NCBI GenBank assembly: GCA_020854775.1
Contig: JAHKLZ010000044.1
Coordinates: forward strand, 6,415 to 70,414
Length of the DNA: 64,000 nt
Reading direction: 5' to 3'
From: Candidatus Woesearchaeota archaeon
Lineage (GTDB): Archaea > Nanobdellota > Nanobdellia > Woesearchaeales > 21-14-0-10-32-9
This document shows, piece after piece, positions 45,187 to 54,715 of the stretch (positions within the stretch are counted from its first letter, which is position 1; every line of letters begins with the position of its first letter). The notes below the pieces were generated by a model. That model saw only the letters and a list, made by a program, of their open reading frames with translations, did not search any database and had not been told where the DNA came from. A program made the position numbers and the translations under genes.

Positions 45187-46185
45187 ATGGCAAAAAAAGG
45201 AAGACCAAGATATGGAAGTATGGGTGTATGGCCAAGAAAAAGAGCAGCACGCCCCTATGCTAGAATAAGATCCTTTCCAGAAATAAAAGAAGCCAAACCA
45301 CTATTTTTCCCAGCATACAAAGCAGGAATGACAAGAATAGGCGTACTAGGAATGGACAAAAACAAAACAAACTTTGGAATAGAAGAATCACAAGCAGTAA
45401 CAATCCTTGAATGCCCACCAATAAAAATCGCGAGCATGAGATTATACAAAAAATCCAACAACAAAAAAATAGTATCAACACAAATCAATTTCAAAACAGA
45501 TAAAGAATTATCAAGAAAAATATCAAAAATAAACGAAGAAAAAATATCATCTTCTAAAGACTTAGAATCAATAAAAATAGAAGATTACTCAGACCTAACA
45601 GTTCAAGCATACACGATGCCTAAACAAGCAGAACTGAAAAAAACACCAGAACTATTCGAATTAGAATTAGGCGGATCAATACAAGAAAAATTAGAATTTG
45701 TAAAAAATAAAATAGACAAAACAATAACGGTAAACGAAGTACTAAAAGAAGGACAATTAATAGATGCACATGGAGTAACCAGAGGAAAAGGATTCCAAGG
45801 ACCAGTAAAAAGATTCGGCATAGGATTAAAGAATCATAAATCTGAAAAAGGACAAAGAGCACCAGGATCCGTAGGAAGCTGGATAGGACAAGCACACGTA
45901 GCTCACAGAGTTGCAAGAGCAGGACAAACAGGTTACCACGTAAGAACACAACATAACAATCTAATAATGAAAATAAGTGACAAACCAGACGAAATAAATC
46001 CTAAAGGAGGATTCATAAATTACGGATTAGTAAAAGCACCGTACATAATGATAAAAGGTTCACTTCAAGGTCATAAGAAAAGACTATTATTCTTAGCAGA
46101 ACCAATAAGGAAACCATCAAGAAAAATAAATTTCACAACAGACATGATAAAATATGTGAGTAAAGAATCACATCAAGGAAGATAA
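45187..46185 (+). CDS. rpl3: 50S ribosomal protein uL3
   Basis: MAKKGRPRYGSMGVWPRKRA... 332 aa. First gene of the conserved cluster. Confidence 0.95.
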   Translation: MAKKGRPRYGSMGVWPRKRAARPYARIRSFPEIKEAKPLFFPAYKAGMTRIGVLGMDKNKTNFGIEESQAVTILECPPIKIASMRLYKKSNNKKIVSTQINFKTDKELSRKISKINEEKISSSKDLESIKIEDYSDLTVQAYTMPKQAELKKTPELFELELGGSIQEKLEFVKNKIDKTITVNEVLKEGQLIDAHGVTRGKGFQGPVKRFGIGLKNHKSEKGQRAPGSVGSWIGQAHVAHRVARAGQTGYHVRTQHNNLIMKISDKPDEINPKGGFINYGLVKAPYIMIKGSLQGHKKRLLFLAEPIRKPSRKINFTTDMIKYVSKESHQGR

Positions 46186-46196
46186 AGGGATTAGTA

Positions 46197-47105
46197 ATGG
46201 AACTCAAAATACTAAACAAAGAAGCGAAAGAAACAAGCAAAATAAAATTGCCTGATCAATTCAAAGAACAAGTAAGAACAGATCTAGTAAAAAGAGCAGT
46301 ACTAGTAATACAAGCAAGTAATAGACAAAGATACGGAGCTAGTCCAGAAGCAGGTAAAAGAGCATCTGCATATGTATCAAAAAGAAGAAGAGCATACAAA
46401 ACCACGTATGGAATAGGACAATCAAGAACACCAAGAAAAGTATTATCAAGAAGCGGAACCAGAATGAACTGGGTAGGAGCATTCGTACCACAAACAGTAG
46501 GAGGAAGAAGAGCACACCCACCAAAAGCATCAAAGATATGGACTCAGAAAATAAACACAACAGAAAACAGAAAAGCAATCAGAAGCGCATTATCCGCAAC
46601 AATGATTCCAGAATTAGTAAAAGCAAGAGGACACATAATACCTCAAACATACCCTTTCGCAATATCAGACGAATACAACACAATAAACAAAACATCAGAA
46701 TTAAAAAAATCACTAAAAACATTAGGACTAATTGAAGACATAGAAAGAGCAACAACAAAAAAAGTAAGAGCTGGAAAAGGTAAAGCAAGAGGAAGAAAAC
46801 ACAGAACAAAAAAAAGCATACTGTTCGTAGTATCACAAGACTCAGAATTAACAAAATCAGCAAGAAACCTGCCAGGATGTGAAGTAATCAAAGTTAAAGA
46901 ACTAAACGCAGAAATATTAGCACCAGGAACAGTACCAGGAAGATTAACACTATTCACAGAATCCGCACTAAAAAAAATAAAAGAAGACTCACTATTTATG
47001 AAAACAACAAAATCAACAAAAGAAGAAAAAACAGAAACAAAAAAAACAATCACTAAGAAAACAACTAAGAAAGTAACAAAAAAAGAATCAGGAGATAAAA
47101 AATGA
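46197..47105 (+). CDS. rpl4: 50S ribosomal protein uL4 with K/T-rich C-terminal extension
   Basis: Conserved uL4 core (RQRYGASPEAGKR..SRGTRMNWVGAFVPQTVGGRRAHPP). The tail is ..KTTKSTKEEKTETKKTITKKTTKKVTKKESGDKK. Confidence 0.95.
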   Translation: MELKILNKEAKETSKIKLPDQFKEQVRTDLVKRAVLVIQASNRQRYGASPEAGKRASAYVSKRRRAYKTTYGIGQSRTPRKVLSRSGTRMNWVGAFVPQTVGGRRAHPPKASKIWTQKINTTENRKAIRSALSATMIPELVKARGHIIPQTYPFAISDEYNTINKTSELKKSLKTLGLIEDIERATTKKVRAGKGKARGRKHRTKKSILFVVSQDSELTKSARNLPGCEVIKVKELNAEILAPGTVPGRLTLFTESALKKIKEDSLFMKTTKSTKEEKTETKKTITKKTTKKVTKKESGDKK

Positions 47106-47362
47106 GTAATCACCCAGTAATCAAATACCCATTAGCAACAGAAAAAAGCATAAGACTAATGGAATCAGAAAACAAACTAATCTTCATAGTAGGAACAAGC
47201 GCAAAAAAACCAGAAATAACAAAAGCAATAGAAGATGAATTCAACGTAAAAATAACTAAAGTAAGAACATTAATAGATACAAAAGGAAGAAAAAAAGCAT
47301 ACGTAACATTTTCACCGGAAACACCGGCAATAGACGTAGCAACCAAACTAGGCTTAATGTAA
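47102..47362 (+). CDS. rpl23: 50S ribosomal protein uL23
   Basis: 86 aa. ATGA overlap with rpl4. Conserved position. Confidence 0.9.
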   Translation: MSNHPVIKYPLATEKSIRLMESENKLIFIVGTSAKKPEITKAIEDEFNVKITKVRTLIDTKGRKKAYVTFSPETPAIDVATKLGLM

Positions 47363-47371
47363 GGTTAAAAA

Positions 47372-48073
47372 ATGGGAAAAAACTTAATACAACAAAGACG
47401 TGGAAAAGGCTCCGGAAGATTTAGAGCACCAGATTTCAGGTACAAAGGAGAAATCAAAATGCTAAACAAATCTTCATACACAGTTAAAAACTTAATAAGA
47501 TGCCCAGGACACAGCGCACCACTAATAGAAGCAGAATACGAAGACAAATCAACAAGTCTATTAATAGCCCCAGAAGGCATAGCAATAGGAGACAAAATAG
47601 ATTTAACTTCACAAGAAATAAAACCAGGAAACATAATTCCACTAAAAGATATACCTGAAGGAACCAATATTTTTTGCATAGAACTAAAACCAGGCGACGG
47701 AGGAAAATTCGTTAGAGGATCAGGATCATTCGCAAAAGTTGTAGGTAAAACACCAACAACAATAAGCATATTATTACCATCAAAAAAACAAAAAAACTTC
47801 AATCCAAACTGTAGAGCAATGATAGGCATAGTTGCAGGAGGAGGAAGAGTAGAAAAACCATTACTAAAAGCAGGAAAAAAACATCACATAGCAAAATCAA
47901 AGAACCAATATTACCCTATAGTGTCAGGCTCAGCAATGAACGCAGTAGCACACCCATTCGGTAATAAGAGATCATCAAGAAAATCAAAAGCAAGGCCTGC
48001 ACCAAGAAACGCCCCACCAGGAAGAAACGTGGGAATGATAAGACCAAGAAGGTCAGGAAGAAGAACTAAATGA
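47372..48073 (+). CDS. rpl2: 50S ribosomal protein uL2
   Basis: 233 aa. GKNLIQQRRGKGS.. and the C-terminal GSAMNAVAHPFGN block. Confidence 0.95.
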   Translation: MGKNLIQQRRGKGSGRFRAPDFRYKGEIKMLNKSSYTVKNLIRCPGHSAPLIEAEYEDKSTSLLIAPEGIAIGDKIDLTSQEIKPGNIIPLKDIPEGTNIFCIELKPGDGGKFVRGSGSFAKVVGKTPTTISILLPSKKQKNFNPNCRAMIGIVAGGGRVEKPLLKAGKKHHIAKSKNQYYPIVSGSAMNAVAHPFGNKRSSRKSKARPAPRNAPPGRNVGMIRPRRSGRRTK

Positions 48074-48084
48074 GAGTGTAAAAC

Positions 48085-48465
48085 ATGGCAAAAAAAATAT
48101 TCACATACAGAGGAAAAACATTAGAGGAACTACAAAAACTTTCCATTAATGAAATAGCAGAAATTTTCCCTTCAAAACAAAGAAGAAAAATCAAAAGAGG
48201 ACTATCAGATAACGAAAAAGGATTACTACAAAAACTAAAAACTAAAAACGGAGTTAAAACACACTTAAGAGATATGATAGTGCTTCCTGAAATGATAGGA
48301 AAAACAATCAAAATACACACAGGAAAAGAATTCATACCAATAATAATACAAGAAGAAATGATAGGATACTACCTAGGAGAATTAGCTCAAACAAGAAAAA
48401 GAGTAGCACACACAGGACCAGGAGTAGGAGCAACAAGATCATCCTCAGGAGCAACCAAACGATAA
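48085..48465 (+). CDS. rps19: 30S ribosomal protein uS19
   Basis: 126 aa. The ...IHTGKEFIPI..EMIGYYLGELA block. Confidence 0.95.
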   Translation: MAKKIFTYRGKTLEELQKLSINEIAEIFPSKQRRKIKRGLSDNEKGLLQKLKTKNGVKTHLRDMIVLPEMIGKTIKIHTGKEFIPIIIQEEMIGYYLGELAQTRKRVAHTGPGVGATRSSSGATKR

Positions 48466-48475
48466 AGGTCATAAC

Positions 48476-49105
48476 ATGAAAACAAAATACGCATTTCAAG
48501 GAATGAAAGAGAACATGGCAAAAGCCATATCGAAAGACTTAGGAATATCAACCAAGGTATCAATAGAAATATCAAACTTCCTGAGAGGAAAAAAAACACA
48601 AGAAGCAAAAAGCATACTTGAAAGAGTACTAAAAAAGAAACAAGCAATACCTTTCAAAAGATTCACAGACGGCGTAGGACATAGAAAAGGAGCAAACATC
48701 GCAGCAGGACGATTCCCAGAAAAAGCAAGCGAAGCATTCCTAACAATAATAAAACAATGCGAAGCAAATGCTCAAGCAAAAGGACTATCATCAGATCTAA
48801 GAATAGCACACTTAGTAGCACAAAAAGGAACAAATGCTTTCAGACACGGAAGACAAAGAAGAAGAAGATACAAAAGAACACACCTAGAAATAGTACTGGA
48901 AGAAATGGAAAAAATAACAAAAACAGAATCAAAACCTAAAATAGAAAAACCAACAGAGAATAAAGAAACAAAAATAGTTGAACAAAAACCAGTAAAGAAA
49001 GAAACAACAAATAAAGAAACAAAAACTGAAACTGAGAAACAAGAAAAAACAAAACCTGTCGAATCAAAAATAACAAAAGAAGAAACAACTGAGGAACAAA
49101 AATGA
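48476..49105 (+). CDS. rpl22: 50S ribosomal protein uL22 with ~60-aa K/E/T-rich C-terminal extension
   Basis: A uL22 core of ~150 aa, then KITKTESKPKIEKPTENKETKIVEQKPVKKETTNKETKTETEKQEKTKPVESKITKEETTEEQK. Confidence 0.9.
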   Translation: MKTKYAFQGMKENMAKAISKDLGISTKVSIEISNFLRGKKTQEAKSILERVLKKKQAIPFKRFTDGVGHRKGANIAAGRFPEKASEAFLTIIKQCEANAQAKGLSSDLRIAHLVAQKGTNAFRHGRQRRRRYKRTHLEIVLEEMEKITKTESKPKIEKPTENKETKIVEQKPVKKETTNKETKTETEKQEKTKPVESKITKEETTEEQK

Positions 49106-49881
49106 TAGAAAGAAAATTCGTCTCACAAAACATGAAAGAATTCCTAGTTAAAGATTACTTATTCAAAGAACTAAGCAGAGTAGGATTAAGCAACGTTACA
49201 CTACAAAGAACTCCGCTAGGAGAAAAAGTAATAATATCCGCATCAAGACCAGGACTAGTTGTAGGAAAAGGCGGATCAAACATAGCAAGACTAACAAAAG
49301 AATTACAAACAAGATTCGAATTAGAAAATCCACAAATAGAAATCGAAGAAGTAACTGATCCAAGAGGAAACGCAGCGATAACAGCAGAAATGATAGCGAA
49401 CTCACTAGAAAGATTTGGCTCAGCAAGATTCAAAGGAGTAGGACACAAAGCAATAAGTTCAGTAATAGACTCAGGATCACTAGGAGTAGAAATACTAATA
49501 TCAGGAAAAATACCAAGCAGTAGAGCAAAAACATGGAGATTCTACCAAGGATACCTAAAAAAATGCGGAGACATCGCAGTATCAGGAGTAGATGAATCAA
49601 AACAAGTAGCAAAACTAAAAACAGGCATAGTAGGAATACAAGTAAAAATAATGCCAAACACAACAATACTACCAGATAAGATAACAGTGAAAGACTTAAC
49701 ACAAATACAAGAAGAAACAATAACTGAAGAAGTAAAAGAATCAAAAACTGAAGAAACAAAGGAATCAAAATCAACAAAAGAAGAAACAAAAGAAGAAAAA
49801 ACACCAAAGAAGACGACTAAGAAGACAACAAAAAAATCAACTAAGAAGACCACAAAAAAAGAAGAAGCTGATGAACAATGA
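49102..49881 (+). CDS. rps3: 30S ribosomal protein uS3 with K/T/E-rich C-terminal extension
   Basis: KH domain GLVVGKGGSNI. The tail is ..EETKESKSTKEETKEEKTPKKTTKKTTKKSTKKTTKKEEADEQ. Confidence 0.95.
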   Translation: MIERKFVSQNMKEFLVKDYLFKELSRVGLSNVTLQRTPLGEKVIISASRPGLVVGKGGSNIARLTKELQTRFELENPQIEIEEVTDPRGNAAITAEMIANSLERFGSARFKGVGHKAISSVIDSGSLGVEILISGKIPSSRAKTWRFYQGYLKKCGDIAVSGVDESKQVAKLKTGIVGIQVKIMPNTTILPDKITVKDLTQIQEETITEEVKESKTEETKESKSTKEETKEEKTPKKTTKKTTKKSTKKTTKKEEADEQ

Positions 49882-50078
49882 AAACAAAAGAAATCAGAAA
49901 ATTAAAACCTGAAGAATACGACAAGAAAATGTCAGAAGCTAAAAGAGAACTAATGATACTACAAGGTCAAGCAAAAACAGGAACACCACCAAAGAATCCA
50001 GGTATGATAAAAAAATTAAGAAGAACAATCGCAAAAATGCACACAATAAGAAATGAAAAAAACAAGGAGGAACAATAA
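49878..50078 (+). CDS. rpl29: 50S ribosomal protein uL29
   Basis: 66 aa. Conserved position after rps3. ATGA overlap. Confidence 0.9.
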   Translation: MKTKEIRKLKPEEYDKKMSEAKRELMILQGQAKTGTPPKNPGMIKKLRRTIAKMHTIRNEKNKEEQ

Positions 50079-50082
50079 GTAA

Positions 50083-50388
50083 ATGCCAGAAATCGATCCA
50101 ATCACGGGCCTGCCTAAAGAACTTGGAGTATGGGAAAACATAGCCAAGGAAAACCAAAAGATAACAATAAAAATCATAAAGAAAAAATTCGGCAAAAAAC
50201 ACACAGTCGTAGAAGGAATAAACCAACACGAAGTGGATGTAAAAGAACTTGCCAAAAACTTAAAAAACAGGTTTGCATGCGGAGGAACATCCAAAGGAGG
50301 ATTAATCGAACTTCAAGGTGATCATTCAAGAGAAATCAGAAAAGAACTCATCAAAGAAGGATTCGCACCAGACTCCATAGATTCATAA
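50083..50388 (+). CDS. translation initiation factor aIF1/SUI1
   Basis: 101 aa. The KRFGKKHTVVEGI...LAKNLKNRFACGGT..G.IELQGDH block is typical of SUI1. Confidence 0.9.
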   Translation: MPEIDPITGLPKELGVWENIAKENQKITIKIIKKKFGKKHTVVEGINQHEVDVKELAKNLKNRFACGGTSKGGLIELQGDHSREIRKELIKEGFAPDSIDS

Positions 50389-50389
50389 A

Positions 50390-50635
50390 ATGATAAACAT
50401 CAAAGACGAATTCATCGGAAAAAAAATCAAAATCACGAAATCAACAATGAAGCATCAACAAGGCGTTGAAGGAATCATTGTTAATGAAACAAAAAACACA
50501 TTCACCATCTTAAGCGATGGAAAAGAAAAAAAAATACTAAAAAACAAAAAAGAATTCATGATTGAGGAAACAAAAATAAACGGAAAAAAAATTCAAAAAA
50601 GACCGGAAGAAAGAATCAAAATCAAGGAGAAATAA
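50390..50635 (+). CDS. rnp1: RNase P protein component 1 (Rpp29/Pop4)
   Basis: 81 aa. Sm-like core GKKIKITKSTMKHQQGVEGIIVNETKNTF. In the conserved slot between uL29/SUI1 and uS17. Confidence 0.8.
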   Translation: MINIKDEFIGKKIKITKSTMKHQQGVEGIIVNETKNTFTILSDGKEKKILKNKKEFMIEETKINGKKIQKRPEERIKIKEK

Positions 50636-50636
50636 A

Positions 50637-50912
50637 ATGGATAAAAAAATATCAACAAGAGGAAGAACATTCACAGGAACAGTCATTAGTGATAAAATGA
50701 CAAAAACAGTAACTGTAGAATGGGAAAGAAGAAAATACGTTAAAAAATATGAGAGATACGAAAAAAGAAGAACAAGAATCAAAGCACATAATCCAGAAAC
50801 AATCAACGCAGAAAAAAATGACATAGTAAAAATAGAAGAAACAAGACCAATATCAAAAACTAAAAATTTCGTAGTAACACAAATAATCAAAAAAGCAAAC
50901 ACACAAGAGTGA
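50637..50912 (+). CDS. rps17: 30S ribosomal protein uS17
   Basis: 91 aa. The GTVISDKMTKTVTVE..KY.RYEKR block. Confidence 0.95.
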   Translation: MDKKISTRGRTFTGTVISDKMTKTVTVEWERRKYVKKYERYEKRRTRIKAHNPETINAEKNDIVKIEETRPISKTKNFVVTQIIKKANTQE

Positions 50913-50918
50913 TTAATA

Positions 50919-51320
50919 ATGAAAGCAATTAAAGCAAAAATACCAAAATCCCTACCAACAGGGGCAAGAGTAGAAACCTGTGATAATAGCGGAGCAAAAC
51001 TACTAAAAATATTCTCTGTTAGAGGTCACAAAACAGTAAAAGGAAAAATGCCTTCAGCAAGAGTAGGAGATTTAGTGCACGCATCAGTTGTAAAAGGAAA
51101 ACCAGAAATGAGAAAAACAGTTGTGTTAGCAGTAATAGTAAGACAAAAAAAAGAATACAGAAGAATTGACGGCACAAGAATAAAATTCGAAAGTAACGTA
51201 GCAGTCGTAGTAAAAGATGATAAAGGAAATCCGAAAGGAACAATATTCAAAGGACCAATCGCAAAAGAAGCATGCGAAAGATGGCCAGGAATAGCAAAAG
51301 TAGCAAGTACAATAGTCTGA
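50919..51320 (+). CDS. rpl14: 50S ribosomal protein uL14
   Basis: 133 aa. DNSGAK...VGD.V..SV block. Confidence 0.95.
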   Translation: MKAIKAKIPKSLPTGARVETCDNSGAKLLKIFSVRGHKTVKGKMPSARVGDLVHASVVKGKPEMRKTVVLAVIVRQKKEYRRIDGTRIKFESNVAVVVKDDKGNPKGTIFKGPIAKEACERWPGIAKVASTIV

Positions 51321-51330
51321 GGAAAAAAAA

Positions 51331-51726
51331 ATGAAATCACAATTTTCAAAAACATGGAATTCAAGCGTTCAACCAAGAAAACAAAGAAAATACAGACATA
51401 ACGCTCCAGAAAACGTAAAAAGAAAATTCCTAACAGTTAACCTAGTAAAGGAATTAAGAGATAAACACGGAGCAAGAAACGTAAAAATAAGAAAAGGAGA
51501 CAAAATCAAAGTACTAAGAGGAAACTATTCAGGAAAAACAGGAACAGTAGATAAAGTAGACTTATCAAACCTAAAGGTTTATGTAACAGGAATAGAAATA
51601 TCAAAAAGAGACGGATCAAAAGCAAAAGTGCCAATGAATCCAACAAACTTACAAATAACAGAACTAAAATTAGAAGATAAAAAAAGAAAAGACAAACTAA
51701 CACCAAAAAAAGCAGAGGATAAATAA
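51331..51726 (+). CDS. rpl24: 50S ribosomal protein uL24
   Basis: 131 aa. KOW motif IRKGDKIKVLRGNYSGKTGTV. Confidence 0.95.
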   Translation: MKSQFSKTWNSSVQPRKQRKYRHNAPENVKRKFLTVNLVKELRDKHGARNVKIRKGDKIKVLRGNYSGKTGTVDKVDLSNLKVYVTGIEISKRDGSKAKVPMNPTNLQITELKLEDKKRKDKLTPKKAEDK

Positions 51727-51728
51727 AA

Positions 51729-52424
51729 ATGGTTAAGAATCACATGAAAAGAATCACAGCTCCAAGAACATGGAACGTAGAAAGAAAAACAACTAAATTC
51801 ATAACTAAACCACTACCTGGAGCGCACAAATTAGAACAATCAGTAGCGATTAACACTTTCATGAAAGAACTAACAAAAATAACAAACACAACAAAAGAAA
51901 CAAAATACGTATTAACAAACGACGAAGTTCTGATAAACGGAAAGAGAAAAAGAGATTTCAAAAAACCAGTAGGATTTTTAGACATAATAACAATAAAATC
52001 AACAAATAAAAATTACGTACTAACAATAGATCATAAAGGCGCACTAAAACCAAAAGAAATAAACGAAAAACAAGCAACACAAAGACTACTAAAAATAAAT
52101 GGAAAAACAATACTAGGAAAAGACAAAGTACAACTAAACACGGTGAATGGAGAAAACTTAATAATTAAAGAAAAAGAATCTAAAAATTACAAAGTAGGAG
52201 ATACACTAATAGTAGAAGTATCAACTCTGAAAATATTAGATCATATCCCTTTAAAAGAAAAAGCACTAATATTAGTATATACAGGAAAACATTCAAGCAA
52301 AACAGGAACAATACAAGAAATAAACACAACGACAGTCACAATAAAATCAGATAAAGAAACATTCGAAACAAGCAAAAAATACGTAATCGCAATAAACAAA
52401 GAAAAAATAGCAGAGTATGAATAA
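51729..52424 (+). CDS. rps4e: 30S ribosomal protein eS4
   Basis: 231 aa. The N-terminal HMKRITAPRTW block. Confidence 0.95.
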   Translation: MVKNHMKRITAPRTWNVERKTTKFITKPLPGAHKLEQSVAINTFMKELTKITNTTKETKYVLTNDEVLINGKRKRDFKKPVGFLDIITIKSTNKNYVLTIDHKGALKPKEINEKQATQRLLKINGKTILGKDKVQLNTVNGENLIIKEKESKNYKVGDTLIVEVSTLKILDHIPLKEKALILVYTGKHSSKTGTIQEINTTTVTIKSDKETFETSKKYVIAINKEKIAEYE

Positions 52425-52426
52425 AA

Positions 52427-52942
52427 ATGAACGTCATGAAAAAAATCAAAATAGAGAAAGTCACCCTGAACATAGGAGCAGGAAAAGACCAAAAAGTACT
52501 AGATAAAGCAATAAAGCTCTTAGAAAATATCACAGGAATAAAACCAATAAAAACAACAACAAACAAAAGAATACAATCATGGGGATTAAGACCAGGATTA
52601 CCAATAGGATGCAAAATTACTCTAAGAGGAGAAGAAGCCAAAAAAATGGTTGAAAGAATAATATACGCTAAAGACAACAACTTACAAGAATCATACTTCG
52701 ATGAAGAAGGAAATATAAGCTTCGGAATAAAAGAATACGTAGACATAAAAGACGCAAAATACGACCCAAGCATAGGAATGATGGGATTACAAGCAACAAT
52801 AACATTATCAAGACCAGGATTCAGAGTAAAAACAAGAAGAATAAGACCATCAACACTACCTCCGAATCACAGAATAACAAAAGAAGAAGCAATACAATTC
52901 ATGAAAGACAATTATTCAGTTAAAACAGGTGACGAATTATGA
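52427..52942 (+). CDS. rpl5: 50S ribosomal protein uL5
   Basis: 171 aa. Conserved position and KVTLNIG..G block. Confidence 0.95.
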   Translation: MNVMKKIKIEKVTLNIGAGKDQKVLDKAIKLLENITGIKPIKTTTNKRIQSWGLRPGLPIGCKITLRGEEAKKMVERIIYAKDNNLQESYFDEEGNISFGIKEYVDIKDAKYDPSIGMMGLQATITLSRPGFRVKTRRIRPSTLPPNHRITKEEAIQFMKDNYSVKTGDEL

Positions 52943-53169
52943 CGACTTCAAATCATACAAAAATGTTGAAACAAATAAGTAATAAGCCTGGAAAAATGGC
53001 TAAATACAATAAATACAACGTATCAAAAAAAAGAGAACAAGGAGAATCAACAAAGAAATGTAAATTATGCGGAAGAACAGGTGGACACATATCCAAATAC
53101 GGATTAAACTTGTGCAGACACTGCTTCAGAGATTACGCAACAGATTTAGGATTTAAAAAATACTCATAA
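52939..53169 (+). CDS. rps14: 30S ribosomal protein uS14 (zinc type)
   Basis: C-terminal [39 protein letters not shown] overlap start at 52939. An alternative ATG at 52996 would give the usual ~57 aa. Confidence 0.9.
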   Translation: MTTSNHTKMLKQISNKPGKMAKYNKYNVSKKREQGESTKKCKLCGRTGGHISKYGLNLCRHCFRDYATDLGFKKYS

Positions 53170-53196
53170 AAAAAAACAATAAAGGTGTAAGAAAAA

Positions 53197-53589
53197 ATGT
53201 CATTAAACGATCCATTAGCAAACGTATTGTCCTACATAAACAATTATGAAAAATTAGGAAAAAAAGAAGTTATAACAAAAAATAACTCCAAAGTAATAAG
53301 ACAAGTATTAGAAGTAATGCAAAACGAAGGACTAATAGGTTCATATGAACAAATAGAAGACGGAAAAGGAAAAATCCTAAAAATATACTTAATAGGATCA
53401 CTAAACAAGTGCGGAGTAATAAAACCAAGACACAAAGTAAAAGTAACAGACTACGAAAAATTCGAAAAAAGCTTTTTACCAGCAATGAATTTCGGAGTAT
53501 TAATAGTATCAACAAACAAAGGAATAATGTCAAATAAAGAAGCAAAAGAACAAAACCTAGGAGGAACGTTACTAAGCTTCGCATACTAA
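53197..53589 (+). CDS. rps8: 30S ribosomal protein uS8
   Basis: 130 aa. N-terminal DPLANVLSYINN block. AAAGGTG Shine-Dalgarno upstream. Confidence 0.95.
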   Translation: MSLNDPLANVLSYINNYEKLGKKEVITKNNSKVIRQVLEVMQNEGLIGSYEQIEDGKGKILKIYLIGSLNKCGVIKPRHKVKVTDYEKFEKSFLPAMNFGVLIVSTNKGIMSNKEAKEQNLGGTLLSFAY

Positions 53590-53599
53590 AGGTAAGAAA

Positions 53600-54148
53600 A
53601 TGAAACAAGAAATACTAACAGACACAATGAAAATACCAGAAGGATGCACCTTCACACACAACAAAAAAGAAATGATAATTAGAGGACCAAAAGGAGAAAT
53701 AACAAGAAAACTACCTGATAAAAAAATAATCCTAGAAACAAAAAATGACGAATTAATACTAACGTACAAAAATGCATCAAAAAGAGAAAAAAGAATGATA
53801 TTCACAACTCGTTCACACCTTAGAAACATGTTCAAAGGAGTACAAGAAGGATTCATATACAAATTAAAAATATGCTCAGGACACTTCCCAATGAACGTGT
53901 CACTAAAAAACAACGTGTTAGAAATAAAAAACTTCATAGGAGAAAAAGTACCAAGAACACTAACAATTAAACAAGGAGCAGACGTAAAAATAAACGGAGA
54001 CGAAATAATAGTAGAATCAATAAACAAAGAAATAGCAGGACAAACAGCGGGCTCAATAGAAAAATTAACAAAAAGACCAGGATTCGACAAAAGAATATTC
54101 CAAGACGGAATATACATAACCGAAAAAGACGGTAAAAAACTAAGCTAA
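53600..54148 (+). CDS. rpl6: 50S ribosomal protein uL6
   Basis: 182 aa. Conserved position. Two-domain uL6 pattern. Confidence 0.95.
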   Translation: MKQEILTDTMKIPEGCTFTHNKKEMIIRGPKGEITRKLPDKKIILETKNDELILTYKNASKREKRMIFTTRSHLRNMFKGVQEGFIYKLKICSGHFPMNVSLKNNVLEIKNFIGEKVPRTLTIKQGADVKINGDEIIVESINKEIAGQTAGSIEKLTKRPGFDKRIFQDGIYITEKDGKKLS

Positions 54149-54159
54149 AAGTGATAATC

Positions 54160-54702
54160 ATGAAAAAATTCATCAGAAAAGACACAAACAAGAAAAAAAG
54201 AATAACAGGAACAGGTTGGAGAAAACCAAAAGGAATAACCAACAAGATGAGACTGAACAGAAAAGGACACAGAATAACTGTCAGACCAGGATACGGAACT
54301 CCTAATCAAGAAAAAAACAAAATCCAAGGATTAGAAATAATAACAATAACTAACATACAAGAACTAGAAAATGTTAATCCTAAAACACAATGCATAGTAA
54401 TAGGAAGAACAGGAAAACAAAAAAAATTAGACCTAATAAAAAAAGCAGAAGAACAAAAAATAACAATCATCAATTTAAAAGTTGACAAATTCAAAGAAGC
54501 AACAGAAAAATACTTCGCAGAAAGAAAAAAAGCATCAAAACAAAGAGTTGAAGAACAAAAAAAGAAAGAAGCAGAAGAACAAAAAAAGAAAGAAGACAAA
54601 AAAGAAGACAAAAAAGATGATAAACAAGAAGAAATAAGCGAAGAAGAAAAACAAAAACAAGAAAAAAAAGAAAAAGACAAAATACTCACCAAAAACAAAT
54701 AA
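54160..54702 (+). CDS. rpl32e: 50S ribosomal protein eL32 with K/E-rich C-terminal extension
   Basis: The core is ...WRKPKGITNKMR..KGH. The tail is KKASKQRVEEQKKKEAEEQKKKEDKKEDKKDDKQEE... The ORF track starts at GTG 54151. The ATG at 54160 after GTGAT is preferred. Confidence 0.9.
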   Translation: MKKFIRKDTNKKKRITGTGWRKPKGITNKMRLNRKGHRITVRPGYGTPNQEKNKIQGLEIITITNIQELENVNPKTQCIVIGRTGKQKKLDLIKKAEEQKITIINLKVDKFKEATEKYFAERKKASKQRVEEQKKKEAEEQKKKEDKKEDKKDDKQEEISEEEKQKQEKKEKDKILTKNK

Positions 54703-54715
54703 AGGTTAAAGAAAA

